Shown: positions 37,173 to 46,965 of the stretch, in pieces
Position numbering within the stretch: position 1 is the stretch's first letter
Layout of the letters: the number at the start of each line of letters is the position of its first letter
Assembly (NCBI GenBank): GCA_017535435.1
Contig: JAFXTY010000050.1
Location: forward strand, 5,211-69,210
Length of the DNA: 64,000 bases
Direction of reading: 5' to 3'
DNA from: Spirochaetia bacterium
GTDB taxonomy: Bacteria > Spirochaetota > Spirochaetia > CADAEX01
Made by a program: the position numbers and the translations under genes
Notes under the pieces: model-generated
Databases searched by the model: none
The model's input: the letters and a program-made list of their open reading frames with translations, nothing else
What the model was told of the DNA's origin: nothing

Positions 37173-38384
37173 TTAAGAGAATAAATCTATTATTTTTTCT
37201 GCTGCCCGGAAGGCGGTGGAGAAGCAGCCCTGAAGCAGATAGCCGCCGGTGGGGGCCTCCCAGTCTGCCATCTCCCCGATTACAAAGCAACCGGGCCTGG
37301 ATTTGAGCATGAGGCTGGAGTCAAGCTGAGAGAGGGCGACGCCGCCGGCCGAGGAAATGGCCTCCTCCAGAGGGCGGCAGCCAGTTATGGCCAGGGGCAG
37401 GTTTTTGACCTGGGAGAGGTCGCCATCTGGGGAGAGCTCCCGGAAAAGCAGATAAGGGAGGCCTGTAAGGCCAAGGGTCTTGCGGGCATAGTTGGAGAGG
37501 GAGCTCTTCCTCCTGGGTTTGGAGAGGCGGCGTTGAAGCTGCTGGGCAGACAGGTGGGGCAGGAGATCTGCAGTTATGGTACATTTGCCCGACTTTGCCA
37601 GCTCCTGCCGGATATACCAGCCTATGGAATAAACCCCGCTCCCCTCCAGACCGTACCCGGTCAGCACCACCTCGCCGGTGCTGGGGCTGCCACTGCAGGT
37701 GAGGGCGATATCCAGGCTGGTGCCTGAGCCAGGGACGTGGCCCGCAATGCGCTCCCGCAGGAGCGGCGACCAAGCCGCCTCCACCCCGCAGTTGGCAGCC
37801 CGGAGGGGAGCAACCTGGATGCCGGCAGCCTGGAATGCATTCACCCAGGCTCCGTTGGAGCCGGTCTCCGGTCTGCTGCCGCCACCCAGGGCGAAAACAG
37901 CGTACTCAGCCTCCAGCCCCAAAGCGCTCTCCCCCTGCCGGAACATAAACTGCCCCGCCTTGCTTCCGAAGCCGGTGAATTCGCAACCCCCCTTGAATGT
38001 GAACAGAGGCGAGGCCTCAAGCCTTTCCAGCCAGGCGGCAAGCACCTCCTGGACCGGAACCTTGGTAAAAATCTTGCCCCCGTTGCCCACAAAGGTGTCA
38101 GACCCTATTTTCCTGTACCATTTAATCAGATCATCAGGGGAGAAATCCTCCAGAAGCCCCTTGAAAAGAGCCTCGTTGCCATAATACTTAACAGATAGTT
38201 CCCCGGGGGTTCCCCTATGGGTGCAGTTGAGCCCTCCGCTGGAGCCTGCCAGCAGAAACTTCCGGCCCGGAGCTGCCATCCTGTCCACAAGAAGTACAGG
38301 AATACCGGCCTCCACAAGGCGGTATGCGCAGAAAAGCCCGGCAGGGCCTGCTCCAACTATCAGAACTCTCTTCCCTTTCCCCAT
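37173..38384 (-). CDS. BaiN/HI0933-family NAD(P)/FAD-dependent oxidoreductase
   Basis: 403 aa. N-terminal VLIVGAGPAGLFCAYRL dinucleotide-binding motif. Family-typical length. Confidence 0.75.
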   Translation of the reverse strand: MGKGKRVLIVGAGPAGLFCAYRLVEAGIPVLLVDRMAAPGRKFLLAGSSGGLNCTHRGTPGELSVKYYGNEALFKGLLEDFSPDDLIKWYRKIGSDTFVGNGGKIFTKVPVQEVLAAWLERLEASPLFTFKGGCEFTGFGSKAGQFMFRQGESALGLEAEYAVFALGGGSRPETGSNGAWVNAFQAAGIQVAPLRAANCGVEAAWSPLLRERIAGHVPGSGTSLDIALTCSGSPSTGEVVLTGYGLEGSGVYSIGWYIRQELAKSGKCTITADLLPHLSAQQLQRRLSKPRRKSSLSNYARKTLGLTGLPYLLFRELSPDGDLSQVKNLPLAITGCRPLEEAISSAGGVALSQLDSSLMLKSRPGCFVIGEMADWEAPTGGYLLQGCFSTAFRAAEKIIDLFS

Positions 38385-38480
38385 GCCGATATTGTCCTTT
38401 CTTAAGCCCGATTAGTCAAGATTTCTTTTTTGTTGCCAATTTATTATTTATATCTTAAAATAGAAACACAGGAGTAAATA

Positions 38481-40184
38481 ATGTATCCACACAGAACATT
38501 CCATTTCTTGGAACCTTTCAAGGGAAAGCTATTCAATGGAGATATTCCTACCCTGGCAGAGCTCTTCCAGGTTGCGGCCGCCCGCTACCTGGACAAAAAA
38601 TGTCTTACCACCTACAACCCAGACAAATTTGTCCTCACCTTCCGGGAGGCCCGGGATAAAATTCTCACCCTTGCCGCTTCCCTGGTGGAAAAAGGGGTCA
38701 AGCCTGGGGACAGGGTAGTCCTGACAGGCAAGAACCGGCCGGAATGGGCTGTGGCCTACTATGCCATCGCATCAGCCGGAGCAATCATTGTTCCTCTTGA
38801 CTATACCCTCCACGAGGATGAGCTCAAGAACCTCATCGACTTCAGCGAGCCGGTGGCTGCTATTGTGGATAAAGAAAAATACAGCATGGTGAAAGGGATG
38901 CTGCCCGATGGAGCCCCTTACTATGCTCTTGATCCGGCCAACGACAACTATGTCCTCTCCTTGGAGAATGCACCGCTGGAGAAGCCGGTGCCCCGTGAGG
39001 TGAAGGATCTGGTGGCAATCCTCTACACATCTGGAACCACAGGAATTCCAAAGGGAGTAATGCTCTCCAACTCCAACTTGGTGAACGACTGCTTCCTGGC
39101 CCAGATGAACATGCAGATTTATCATACCGACGTGTTCTATGCCCTCCTTCCGGTACATCATGCATATACTATGCTTTCAGTCCTGGTTGTGGGAATTGCC
39201 CAGAGCGCCGAGGTTGTATTTGCCAAGCGCCTTGTGGTCAAGGAGATGCTCAAAGACCTGAAGGATGGCCAGATAACTATCTTCCTGGGTGTCCCCATGC
39301 TCTTCAACAAGCTGATCGCCAACATCATGAAAGGGGTCAGGGAAAAGGGAATCGTGCTCTACAGCATAGTGCGGTTCCTCATGTTCATAAGCGGAATCCT
39401 GAAGAAGTGCGGCATCAAGATTGGAAAGAAGCTGTTCGGCAAGATGATCCTGGACAAGGCGAACCTCTCCAGCATCCGTATATGTATAAGCGGTGGCGGA
39501 CCACTTCCAGCCTCCACATTCCGTATGTTCAACCAGCTGGGTCTTGATTTCGTGCAGGGCTATGGCCTTACCGAGACATCCCCGATTGTCACACTGAACC
39601 CAATCTATCACTTCAAGGTCAAGTCGGTAGGTCTGGTTCTTCCTGAGATTCAGGTCAAGATCATCAACCCGGACAAAGAGGGACGGGGTGAGATTGCCCT
39701 CAAGGGTCCTACAGTGATGCAGGGTTACTATAAGAACCCATCTGCCACCGACGCTGTGATGGACTTGAACGGCTATTTCTACACCGGCGACATGGGATAT
39801 CTGGACAAGGAGAACTTCCTCTACCTGACCGGCCGCAAAAAGAACATCATTGTCACAGCAGGTGGAAAGAATGTATTCCCGGAGGAAATCGAGGACCGGT
39901 TCCAGCTATATCCCGAGATCGAGCAGATTCTGGTGAGGGGCTACTTCATGGATGGCAAGAAGAAAGAGGCTGCTGGAGAGATGATCGAGGCTCTGATCTA
40001 CCCTTCCGAGGAGCTGAGGAACACAGGAGATCCGGATGGAATCCAGAAGAAGCTTGAGGAGATTGTGAACACCGTGAACCGGCAGCTTGCAAGCTATATG
40101 AAGATTGCCCGGGTGCGGGTTGTGGACCAGCCTTTTGAGGAGTCTTCCACAAAGAAGATAAAACGGTATAAAGTAAACGCATAA
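38481..40184 (+). CDS. long-chain-fatty-acid--CoA ligase (AMP-binding)
   Basis: 567 aa. LYTSGTTGIPKGVMLS, QGYGLTETS, YTGDMGY and GRKKNIIV adenylate-forming core motifs. Confidence 0.85.
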   Translation: MYPHRTFHFLEPFKGKLFNGDIPTLAELFQVAAARYLDKKCLTTYNPDKFVLTFREARDKILTLAASLVEKGVKPGDRVVLTGKNRPEWAVAYYAIASAGAIIVPLDYTLHEDELKNLIDFSEPVAAIVDKEKYSMVKGMLPDGAPYYALDPANDNYVLSLENAPLEKPVPREVKDLVAILYTSGTTGIPKGVMLSNSNLVNDCFLAQMNMQIYHTDVFYALLPVHHAYTMLSVLVVGIAQSAEVVFAKRLVVKEMLKDLKDGQITIFLGVPMLFNKLIANIMKGVREKGIVLYSIVRFLMFISGILKKCGIKIGKKLFGKMILDKANLSSIRICISGGGPLPASTFRMFNQLGLDFVQGYGLTETSPIVTLNPIYHFKVKSVGLVLPEIQVKIINPDKEGRGEIALKGPTVMQGYYKNPSATDAVMDLNGYFYTGDMGYLDKENFLYLTGRKKNIIVTAGGKNVFPEEIEDRFQLYPEIEQILVRGYFMDGKKKEAAGEMIEALIYPSEELRNTGDPDGIQKKLEEIVNTVNRQLASYMKIARVRVVDQPFEESSTKKIKRYKVNA

Positions 40185-40930
40185 TGTTAGTCATTCCAGC
40201 TATAGACCTGTTGGGCGGCAAGTGTGTCCGCCTTTACAAGGGAGATTACAGCAAAGTCACAGTTTATAGCGACGACCCGGTGGCAATGGCCCGTGGTTTT
40301 GTGGATGCCGGTGCCAAGCGGATTCATCTGGTGGACCTGGATGCAGCCCGGGGCGGGGTGAACAACCGCTACGTTATTGCCAGGATCTGCAGGGAGGTGA
40401 ATGCTCTCTTTGAGCTTGGTGGCGGTATCCGCACAGAAGATGATGTGAAGGAGATCCTTGATATCGGGGTGGACCGTCTTATCCCGGGTACAGTGTTTGC
40501 GAAAGACCCGGAGTGCGGCGCCCGGTGGACAGCCCGGTATGGGAAGAAGTTCATAGCAGGAATAGATGCTCTGAAGGGCGAGGTGAAAGTATCAGGCTGG
40601 CAGCAGGGCTCAAGTATCTCGGATGTGGACCTGGCAAAGAAGGCTGCTGAGTGCGGCATGTGCTCCATCATCTACACCAATATTGTGAAGGACGGTACTC
40701 TCTCGGGCCCCGATACAGAGCGCACCCTTACAGTTGCCGAGGCCTCCGGCATTCCGGTGACAGTCTCCGGAGGTATAAGCTGTGAGCAGGATTTTGCCGA
40801 TATAGTTAACAACCCGCGGTGTGCTGGACGCATCGGCGGCATAATCACCGGCAAAGGGTTCTACGAGAAGAAATTTGACCTTGCCACTGTGATTTCAAAA
40901 TACCAAAAGGATGAAGGAATTATCTTCTGA
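40184..40930 (+). CDS. hisA: 1-(5-phosphoribosyl)-5-[(5-phosphoribosylamino)methylideneamino]imidazole-4-carboxamide isomerase
   Basis: 248 aa. MLVIPAIDLLGGKCVRLYKGDY N-terminal signature. (beta/alpha)8 phosphate-binding GG motifs. Confidence 0.85.
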   Translation: MLVIPAIDLLGGKCVRLYKGDYSKVTVYSDDPVAMARGFVDAGAKRIHLVDLDAARGGVNNRYVIARICREVNALFELGGGIRTEDDVKEILDIGVDRLIPGTVFAKDPECGARWTARYGKKFIAGIDALKGEVKVSGWQQGSSISDVDLAKKAAECGMCSIIYTNIVKDGTLSGPDTERTLTVAEASGIPVTVSGGISCEQDFADIVNNPRCAGRIGGIITGKGFYEKKFDLATVISKYQKDEGIIF

Positions 40931-41790
40931 TGAAAATTAAGGATATCTTGCAGCAGAATAAAGTGACTATCTCTTTCGAGGTTTTCCCTCCAAAGAAGGC
41001 GGACGGCCTTGAGGCGGTGGAGAAGGCTACCGAGCAGATTGCCTCCCTTAAGCCCGATTTCATGAGCGTGACCTATGGGGCCGGGGGTTCCACCAACAAG
41101 ATGACACTGGAGATAGCCTCCAACCTGCAGCATAAACATGGTGTGACAGTGCTGCCTCACTTTACCTGCGTGGCATCATCCAAAAGCTATGTTCGGGAAA
41201 TGGTGGGCCAGATCAAGGCCCTGGGCATCGAGAACATCATGGCCCTCCGGGGTGATATCCCCCAGGATGGGGTTGTAGGGACCGACTATAAATATGCCTC
41301 CGACCTTATCCGGGACATAAAGGAGCAGTCTGACCTGTGCATCGGCGGCGCCTGCTATCCCGAGGGACATATCGAGTGCAGGCATAAAGAGGACGACATC
41401 ATCCATCTCAAGGAGAAGGTGGAGGCAGGATGCGACTTCCTCACCACCCAGATGTTCTTTGACAACAATATCCTGTACAACTTCCTCTACCGCATACGGG
41501 AGAAGGGAATCACTGTGCCGGTGCTGGCAGGAATAATGCCTATAACCAACGCCCGGCAGCTGGAGAGGAGCGTGGCTCTCTCCGGCACGCACGTGCCCCA
41601 ACGGTTCCGGGCCATAGTGGATAAGTTCGGCGACAACCCACCTGCCATGAAGCAGGCCGGAATCGTCTATGCTGCCGGCCAGATCATCGACCTGATCGCA
41701 AACGGCATCACCCATATACATGTTTACTCCATGAACAAGCCGGAGGTTGCAGCCGGTATCTTGAACAATCTCTCCAGCGTCCTCCGATAG
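40930..41790 (+). CDS. metF: methylenetetrahydrofolate reductase
   Basis: 286 aa. ISFEVFPPK N-terminal signature and MetF-typical length. ATGA-coupled to hisA. Confidence 0.85.
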   Translation: MKIKDILQQNKVTISFEVFPPKKADGLEAVEKATEQIASLKPDFMSVTYGAGGSTNKMTLEIASNLQHKHGVTVLPHFTCVASSKSYVREMVGQIKALGIENIMALRGDIPQDGVVGTDYKYASDLIRDIKEQSDLCIGGACYPEGHIECRHKEDDIIHLKEKVEAGCDFLTTQMFFDNNILYNFLYRIREKGITVPVLAGIMPITNARQLERSVALSGTHVPQRFRAIVDKFGDNPPAMKQAGIVYAAGQIIDLIANGITHIHVYSMNKPEVAAGILNNLSSVLR

Positions 41791-41797
41791 GTGCAGT

Positions 41798-42415
41798 ATG
41801 TCAGAAATACCCACAATACTCAAAAAGCTGGAAGGAACATCTGAGCAACAGATCCTTGTAGAGATAGAAGCTGCTTATGAAAGGATTGATCAGGAGCAGA
41901 AGGGCTGGTATGAGAAATCAGACTTCCTTTGTCCCCAGGGCTGCGGCGACTGCTGTGCCCATTTTGAGCCAGATCTTATGGTTTCGGAAGCACTTTATAT
42001 GGGAGCCTGGCTCTTGGAACATCAGCCAGTCCTGGCCCACAGTGTTGCAGAGGAAAAATTCCCCTTTTATGATAAAGAACATTGCCAGTTCTTCAACCCC
42101 GATTCCTCATTGCACTGCTCCATCTATGGAGGCAGGCCTTTCATCTGCCGCCTTTTCGGGGCCAGCGGTGTCAGGTCAAAGTCCGGGGAACTGGTGTGGA
42201 AACCCTGCCGGTTCTATCCATCGGAGCAGCTGGCAATGCATATTCCCCCTTTGATGCATAGGCAATATTCTTCAGAAGAACTTATGCAGATCTTCGGGAC
42301 AGTTCCCCCTGATATGGGAGCCCTTATGTCCGGGACAGATGCAGACACAGTCCTCCTCAGGGATATCCTGCCTAAGATTATAAGACATCTTCTTTTTATC
42401 ATTGGAATGAACTAA
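41798..42415 (+). CDS. YkgJ-family Cys-cluster protein
   Basis: 205 aa. CPQGCGDCCAHFEP (CxxCxxCC) plus downstream Cys pairs. Confidence 0.55.
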   Translation: MSEIPTILKKLEGTSEQQILVEIEAAYERIDQEQKGWYEKSDFLCPQGCGDCCAHFEPDLMVSEALYMGAWLLEHQPVLAHSVAEEKFPFYDKEHCQFFNPDSSLHCSIYGGRPFICRLFGASGVRSKSGELVWKPCRFYPSEQLAMHIPPLMHRQYSSEELMQIFGTVPPDMGALMSGTDADTVLLRDILPKIIRHLLFIIGMN

Positions 42416-43450
42416 TCATTTTTTCAGATTGAGTTCAAGCAGAATCGGGAAGTGGTCGCTGCACCCCTCGCCGCTGGCCTTGTCATAAGGCCTCGGATGG
42501 TCTTTCTTGCTGGTGTTCCACTGGGTCTTCACAACCTGGAAGCCTGCAAAATAAAAACCCTTATTATCGGTGAGATTTGATCCCAGGAAGAAGTTGTCGA
42601 TAGTCTCCCACCGGCTCCGGTAGACATAGCTGCCTGGCTCCTGGTTCTTGTCCCATAGCCACGGGGAGAAAAGGTACTTCTGGTTTTTGTTCTGGTCATC
42701 CCCGGTTATCCGCAGGTACTGGAAACGGGAGGGAAGGTTCACCTGGGCCGGCATTATGGCTCTGACTATGCCCTTTCCTTCCCTCTCGTACTCGTCGGCA
42801 CATTCATTGAAGTCACCTAAAAGAAGAACCTCGGCCTTGGGATTCTCGTCGTAAATCGCCTTGAGACGGGCGTTGACCACATCTGCGGCGCACAGCCTCT
42901 TAGGCTCGGTGTTCTTTCCCACCTTGGATTTCCAGTGGTTGTTCAGGATGATAAGCTCGTGGCCGTGGATGTCGAAGGAAACCTCCACAATCTGCCGTAA
43001 GTCATGGCCTGAGTCAGCCTGGGGAGCATGATATTTCACATAGTTGAAAGGATACTTGCTTATGAAAGCAGATTGGATTGCCGAGTTCCTGTTCTCCGAA
43101 ACAGCTATATATTTATAGCCGTAATCCTTAAGGTAGCCCTTGGTCAGCTCGGTGAGGATACCCTTGTTCTCAATCTCCTGGAAGCCAATGATGTCCGGCC
43201 CGTCAGGAGCGGCATCGATGGTCACCCGGCTTATCTGGAGCAGCTTGCCCATGTAGTCCTTCTCGGTCCAGTTGCCGTTCTTGGGATTGTACTTTGCATA
43301 CTCCGACCCCTGCTCTGCACCGTCGAACATGTTCTCCACATTGAAGGACATGACCCGGATGGAACGGGGCTCCTTGGGCTCTGGCAGAGGGCTGCACTTG
43401 GTCCAAGAGATAAATACTATGGCAAAAACAAGTATCAAAGATTTTTTCAT
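42416..43450 (-). CDS. endonuclease/exonuclease/phosphatase (EEP) family lipoprotein
   Basis: Start at ATG 43450 (MKKSLILVFAIVFISWTKCS, signal/lipobox). VMSFNVENMF and GDFN...DH motifs of the EEP fold. Confidence 0.7.
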   Translation of the reverse strand: MKKSLILVFAIVFISWTKCSPLPEPKEPRSIRVMSFNVENMFDGAEQGSEYAKYNPKNGNWTEKDYMGKLLQISRVTIDAAPDGPDIIGFQEIENKGILTELTKGYLKDYGYKYIAVSENRNSAIQSAFISKYPFNYVKYHAPQADSGHDLRQIVEVSFDIHGHELIILNNHWKSKVGKNTEPKRLCAADVVNARLKAIYDENPKAEVLLLGDFNECADEYEREGKGIVRAIMPAQVNLPSRFQYLRITGDDQNKNQKYLFSPWLWDKNQEPGSYVYRSRWETIDNFFLGSNLTDNKGFYFAGFQVVKTQWNTSKKDHPRPYDKASGEGCSDHFPILLELNLKK

Positions 43451-43506
43451 GATACTTGATATACTCAAAAAAAGTTCATTTTGATTTAACTTTTGGAAAA
43501 AATTTT

Positions 43507-44868
43507 TCATTTTATTCGTAAAACCAGATCCTTAAAGGAATTACCGCGGTCGAACTCGTTCTTGAAAAGCTCAAAGGAGGTGGCTCCCGGGGAGAAGAGA
43601 ACTATATCGCCGCTCTCGGAACCCTTGTATGCAGCATCCAGGGCCTCTGCCAGTGTGCTGTATGGGCCGTTGTAACGGCATCCATGGGCATCCAGTTCGG
43701 CAATCATCTTGTCAGTGGCACTGCCCCTGAGCAGGTACATCTTCTTGGCTGCCTTTGCAATCTCAGGCAGAAGGTCGAACATCAGGTTCTTGTCGGTGCC
43801 TCCGGCGATAAGCACCACCGGCGCCTCAAAGCTTTTTACTGCGGCCAGGCAGGCCTGTGGGATGGTGGCAGTGGTGTCGTTGTAGAATTTTCTTCCGTTA
43901 TATTCCCGGACAAACTCAAGCCGGTGGGGAATCCCCTTGAAGTCGGCCAGCGCATTCATAATATCGGTGCTCTTGAAACCGTAGAGGTACATGGTGGCGG
44001 CAGCAATCAGCAGGTTTCTCCTGTTGTGTTCTCCCGGGATAAGAAGCTTTTCCGGCAGTATCTGCTCTTTCTTGCCATTCAGTTTTATGTAGCCTTTCTT
44101 GCCCTCAAGCCAGATCTGCTCCTCCTTGCCCATGTCAGAGCCGGAGAACCAGATGGGGTGTGCCGGAGTCTCGTCAAAGAACTGCTTCCCGTAGTCGTCA
44201 TCAAAATTGCAAAGGGTGTACTGATTCTTGGTCTGGCTCTGGTAGATCACTTTCTTGTCGTCGGCATACTCCTGCACCGAATTGTACCGGTTCTGATGCT
44301 CGTGCATTATGTTGGTGATTACCGAAACCACCGGCTTCAGAAGCCCCTTCCCCCGGATGTCGGCCAGCTGCCAGGAGGAGAGCTCCAGGATCACCAGAGA
44401 CTTGTCGGTAAGCTCTTCAAGGAAGGAAAGAGGCGAGATAGTGATATTGCCACCCAGGAAAGTATCGCTCTTAAGCTTTTTCATGCCGTGGTAGATGGCA
44501 GATACAGTGGTGGATTTTCCCTTGCTGCCAGTGACTGCAATGACATCGCCCTTGAACTCAGAGAGGAATATGGAGATGTCGGTTTCTATCCTTTTCGCTT
44601 TGGCCAAGTAAGGAGAAGTAAGTGGTACGGCAGGGTTCTTGATTACGATATCAGCATTCTCGAAATCGGACATCTCGTGCTTCTCAAGCACATAACGGAT
44701 ATCGTATTCAGAGAGCATATCCATGGAAGGCTTAAGTATCTGGGCAGAGCGAAGGTCTGTGACTGTAACCTTGGCCCCTTTGGAAGCGAAGAATTTGGCT
44801 GCTGCCATGCCACCTCCGTTGAGACCCAGTCCCATTATGGTGATTTTCTTGCCGGTGTAGTCTTCCAT
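43507..44868 (-). CDS. murD: UDP-N-acetylmuramoyl-L-alanine--D-glutamate ligase
   Basis: Start at ATG 44868 with GAGGGG RBS. KKITIMGLGLNGGGMAAAKFFASKGAKVTVTD N-terminal Rossmann signature. VTGSKGKST P-loop. Confidence 0.85.
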   Translation of the reverse strand: MEDYTGKKITIMGLGLNGGGMAAAKFFASKGAKVTVTDLRSAQILKPSMDMLSEYDIRYVLEKHEMSDFENADIVIKNPAVPLTSPYLAKAKRIETDISIFLSEFKGDVIAVTGSKGKSTTVSAIYHGMKKLKSDTFLGGNITISPLSFLEELTDKSLVILELSSWQLADIRGKGLLKPVVSVITNIMHEHQNRYNSVQEYADDKKVIYQSQTKNQYTLCNFDDDYGKQFFDETPAHPIWFSGSDMGKEEQIWLEGKKGYIKLNGKKEQILPEKLLIPGEHNRRNLLIAAATMYLYGFKSTDIMNALADFKGIPHRLEFVREYNGRKFYNDTTATIPQACLAAVKSFEAPVVLIAGGTDKNLMFDLLPEIAKAAKKMYLLRGSATDKMIAELDAHGCRYNGPYSTLAEALDAAYKGSESGDIVLFSPGATSFELFKNEFDRGNSFKDLVLRIK

Positions 44869-44937
44869 TGTCCCCTCACAAAAATAATTATAGCACACTT
44901 AAAATAAATGATATATACTAATAATTGGGAAGTTAAA

Positions 44938-45249
44938 ATGGATTATCAAGATTATGAAGAAACATTAGAAATACTTGCTGATAAACGTTTGTCCAAAGAT
45001 TTAAAGATTGGAATTCAGCAGATTAAAGAAAATAAACTCGTTGATTGGTCAGAATTCGAAAAAGGCCTCGCTATGTTTACTCCTGATTTTATGGAGGATG
45101 GGCGGATCCAACCAGAGTTATTGAAAAAAAGTGGAGATTGGAATTCGGAGCAGGAAACCCTGTACCTCTGTTCAATACCAGGAATGAGAGAATCACTCCT
45201 TGAGGCACGCAAAGAACCTTTGGAAGAAAGTGTTGAGGATATAGACTGA
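44938..45249 (+). CDS. small acidic protein with two Phd/YefM-antitoxin-like C-terminal motifs
   Basis: Start at ATG 44938 with GGGAAG RBS. Contains EETLEILADKRLSKDLKIGIQQI and EQETLYLCSIPGMRESLLEAR. Both resemble the YefM ...[20 protein letters not shown] segment. AT-rich. Confidence 0.45.
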   Translation: MDYQDYEETLEILADKRLSKDLKIGIQQIKENKLVDWSEFEKGLAMFTPDFMEDGRIQPELLKKSGDWNSEQETLYLCSIPGMRESLLEARKEPLEESVEDID

Positions 45250-45265
45250 TAATGTGGACACATTA
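45250..45265. promoter_or_regulatory. 7-bp inverted repeat taatgtg-ga-cacatta in the 80-nt gap upstream of the GIY-YIG gene
   Basis: Read directly. Possible operator. Coordinates +/-2. Confidence 0.2.
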
Positions 45266-45330
45266 TGAATAAAAATATTCTACCATGTCATTAAAACAAG
45301 CGGCGGAATTATAAACCTTGGAGGAAATAA

Positions 45331-46203
45331 ATGAATACTGAAATAATTGCAACAATTCAGCAGCTTCTTAAAGGACGAAACTTAGAATTTGATAATGCTA
45401 AGAAGATAAAACTAGTCCGTCATAAAGATTCAAGACCCATGGATGAGCGGAAGATACAGGGTGAACCATATACAGGTTCACTATATAATTTATATCGAAA
45501 TGAATATGAAAGATTTTTGAAATATCAGAATGAACAACGATCAGCTAATTTTATAAATGTTGAATATATTGTTGCATTTATTGGAGAAGATGGTACAGAT
45601 TCAAGGTTTATTGGAGTTTATAAAAATAATGGTGTAGTTGGTAAATTTGAAGATCATCATATATTTGATTTTGAAGAAGTACCTGGTTTTGAAATATTAA
45701 AAGAGCGAGTTGTTGTCGATTGGGGTAAAAATGCTATTTCGTGGCATCAGTGGTATGAAAATGAAAAGGCCGTGATAAGAATTGACAGAGGTCTAATAGA
45801 AAACGATATTCCTCTTTTTATAAGCTATAATGATGTTTTGCTTACATATCGACAATTAAAAACAATTTTTGATAAAGAAATAGCGGATTGGAAAAGACGT
45901 CTTGATTGTTGTAATTGCATTTATTTGATTCAGGATACAAATAATGGGAAGCAATATATCGGATCCACCTACAATAAAGAAGGTATTTGGGGACGCTGGA
46001 AAGATTATGCAGAATCAGGACACGGGGATGATGTGCTTCTAAAAAAAGAAATTGATAAAGATCCATTATATGCCATGAAATATTTTCATTGGATAATTCT
46101 CGAATTATTGCCTTTGAAAATATCAGAAAATGAAGCAATAGATAGAGAAAAATTATGGAAAAGAAAACTATGTTCTTTGTCTTTGGGATATAATAAAAAT
46201 TAG
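45331..46203 (+). CDS. GIY-YIG nuclease-domain protein with unknown N-terminal domain of about 190 aa
   Basis: 290 aa. C-terminal CIYLIQDTNNGKQYIGSTYNKEGIWGRWKDYAESGHGDD carries the GIY...YIG...R...E/H layout of the GIY-YIG fold. RBS GGAGGA. AT-rich relative to flanks. Confidence 0.6.
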   Translation: MNTEIIATIQQLLKGRNLEFDNAKKIKLVRHKDSRPMDERKIQGEPYTGSLYNLYRNEYERFLKYQNEQRSANFINVEYIVAFIGEDGTDSRFIGVYKNNGVVGKFEDHHIFDFEEVPGFEILKERVVVDWGKNAISWHQWYENEKAVIRIDRGLIENDIPLFISYNDVLLTYRQLKTIFDKEIADWKRRLDCCNCIYLIQDTNNGKQYIGSTYNKEGIWGRWKDYAESGHGDDVLLKKEIDKDPLYAMKYFHWIILELLPLKISENEAIDREKLWKRKLCSLSLGYNKN

Positions 46204-46220
46204 AAATATAGAAATAATAT

Positions 46221-46913
46221 ATGCTAATCGATGCACACACCCATATTGTTCCAGACTCCGATGACATCACCGTTATCTATAATTCGGTGACTGCAGAGGA
46301 CTGGGAGCGCATTCCTGCAAGCCCGAATATCATCCCATTCTACGGCATACATCCATGGCATGCAAAAAGTTGTTCAAAAATTGAACTTGTGGCTTTGGGG
46401 CAGTTTATCAAGGAGAAAAAGGCAGCAGACATCAGGTTCGGAATAGGGGAGACTGGCCTTGATAAAACAGATAGAAATCCCGATTTTGAAGACCAGAAAG
46501 GCTTTTTCGCCTTCCATCTCTGGCTGGCTCAGCAGTATCAGGTGCCCGTTGCTGTACACTGTGTCCACGCATGGGGTCCTTTTATGGAAATCCTCTCGGA
46601 GGTGCCGGATAATCTTCCTGTCTTGATGCACTCCTATTCAGGCTCTCTGGAAACGGCAAAAACTCTTCTTAAACGCAACACCTGGTTCTCTTTCTCCCCG
46701 TCGGTACAGCGCATCGAAAAACAGACCGAAGTGCTCCGGCAGATTCCTCTTGAAAACATGTTCCTTGAGACCGATTTTACCGAGATTCCATCATCAGGTT
46801 ACCGGGAGACTTTAGAAGAGCTTTATAACTTTGCCGCCGGGGTAAAAAATGTAACTCCCGAAACAGTAAAAAAATATATTGAAAATAATATTAAAACACT
46901 ATTTTCCCCTTGA
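46221..46913 (+). CDS. TatD-family metal-dependent hydrolase
   Basis: 230 aa. MLIDAHTHI N-terminal His pair and later His/Glu/Asp ligands (VHCVHAW, LETDF). Confidence 0.75.
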   Translation: MLIDAHTHIVPDSDDITVIYNSVTAEDWERIPASPNIIPFYGIHPWHAKSCSKIELVALGQFIKEKKAADIRFGIGETGLDKTDRNPDFEDQKGFFAFHLWLAQQYQVPVAVHCVHAWGPFMEILSEVPDNLPVLMHSYSGSLETAKTLLKRNTWFSFSPSVQRIEKQTEVLRQIPLENMFLETDFTEIPSSGYRETLEELYNFAAGVKNVTPETVKKYIENNIKTLFSP

Positions 46914-46965
46914 AAAAAATGTCACCTTGTTCCTATAATTACCTTTGGGAGGAACGGGGGGAACT

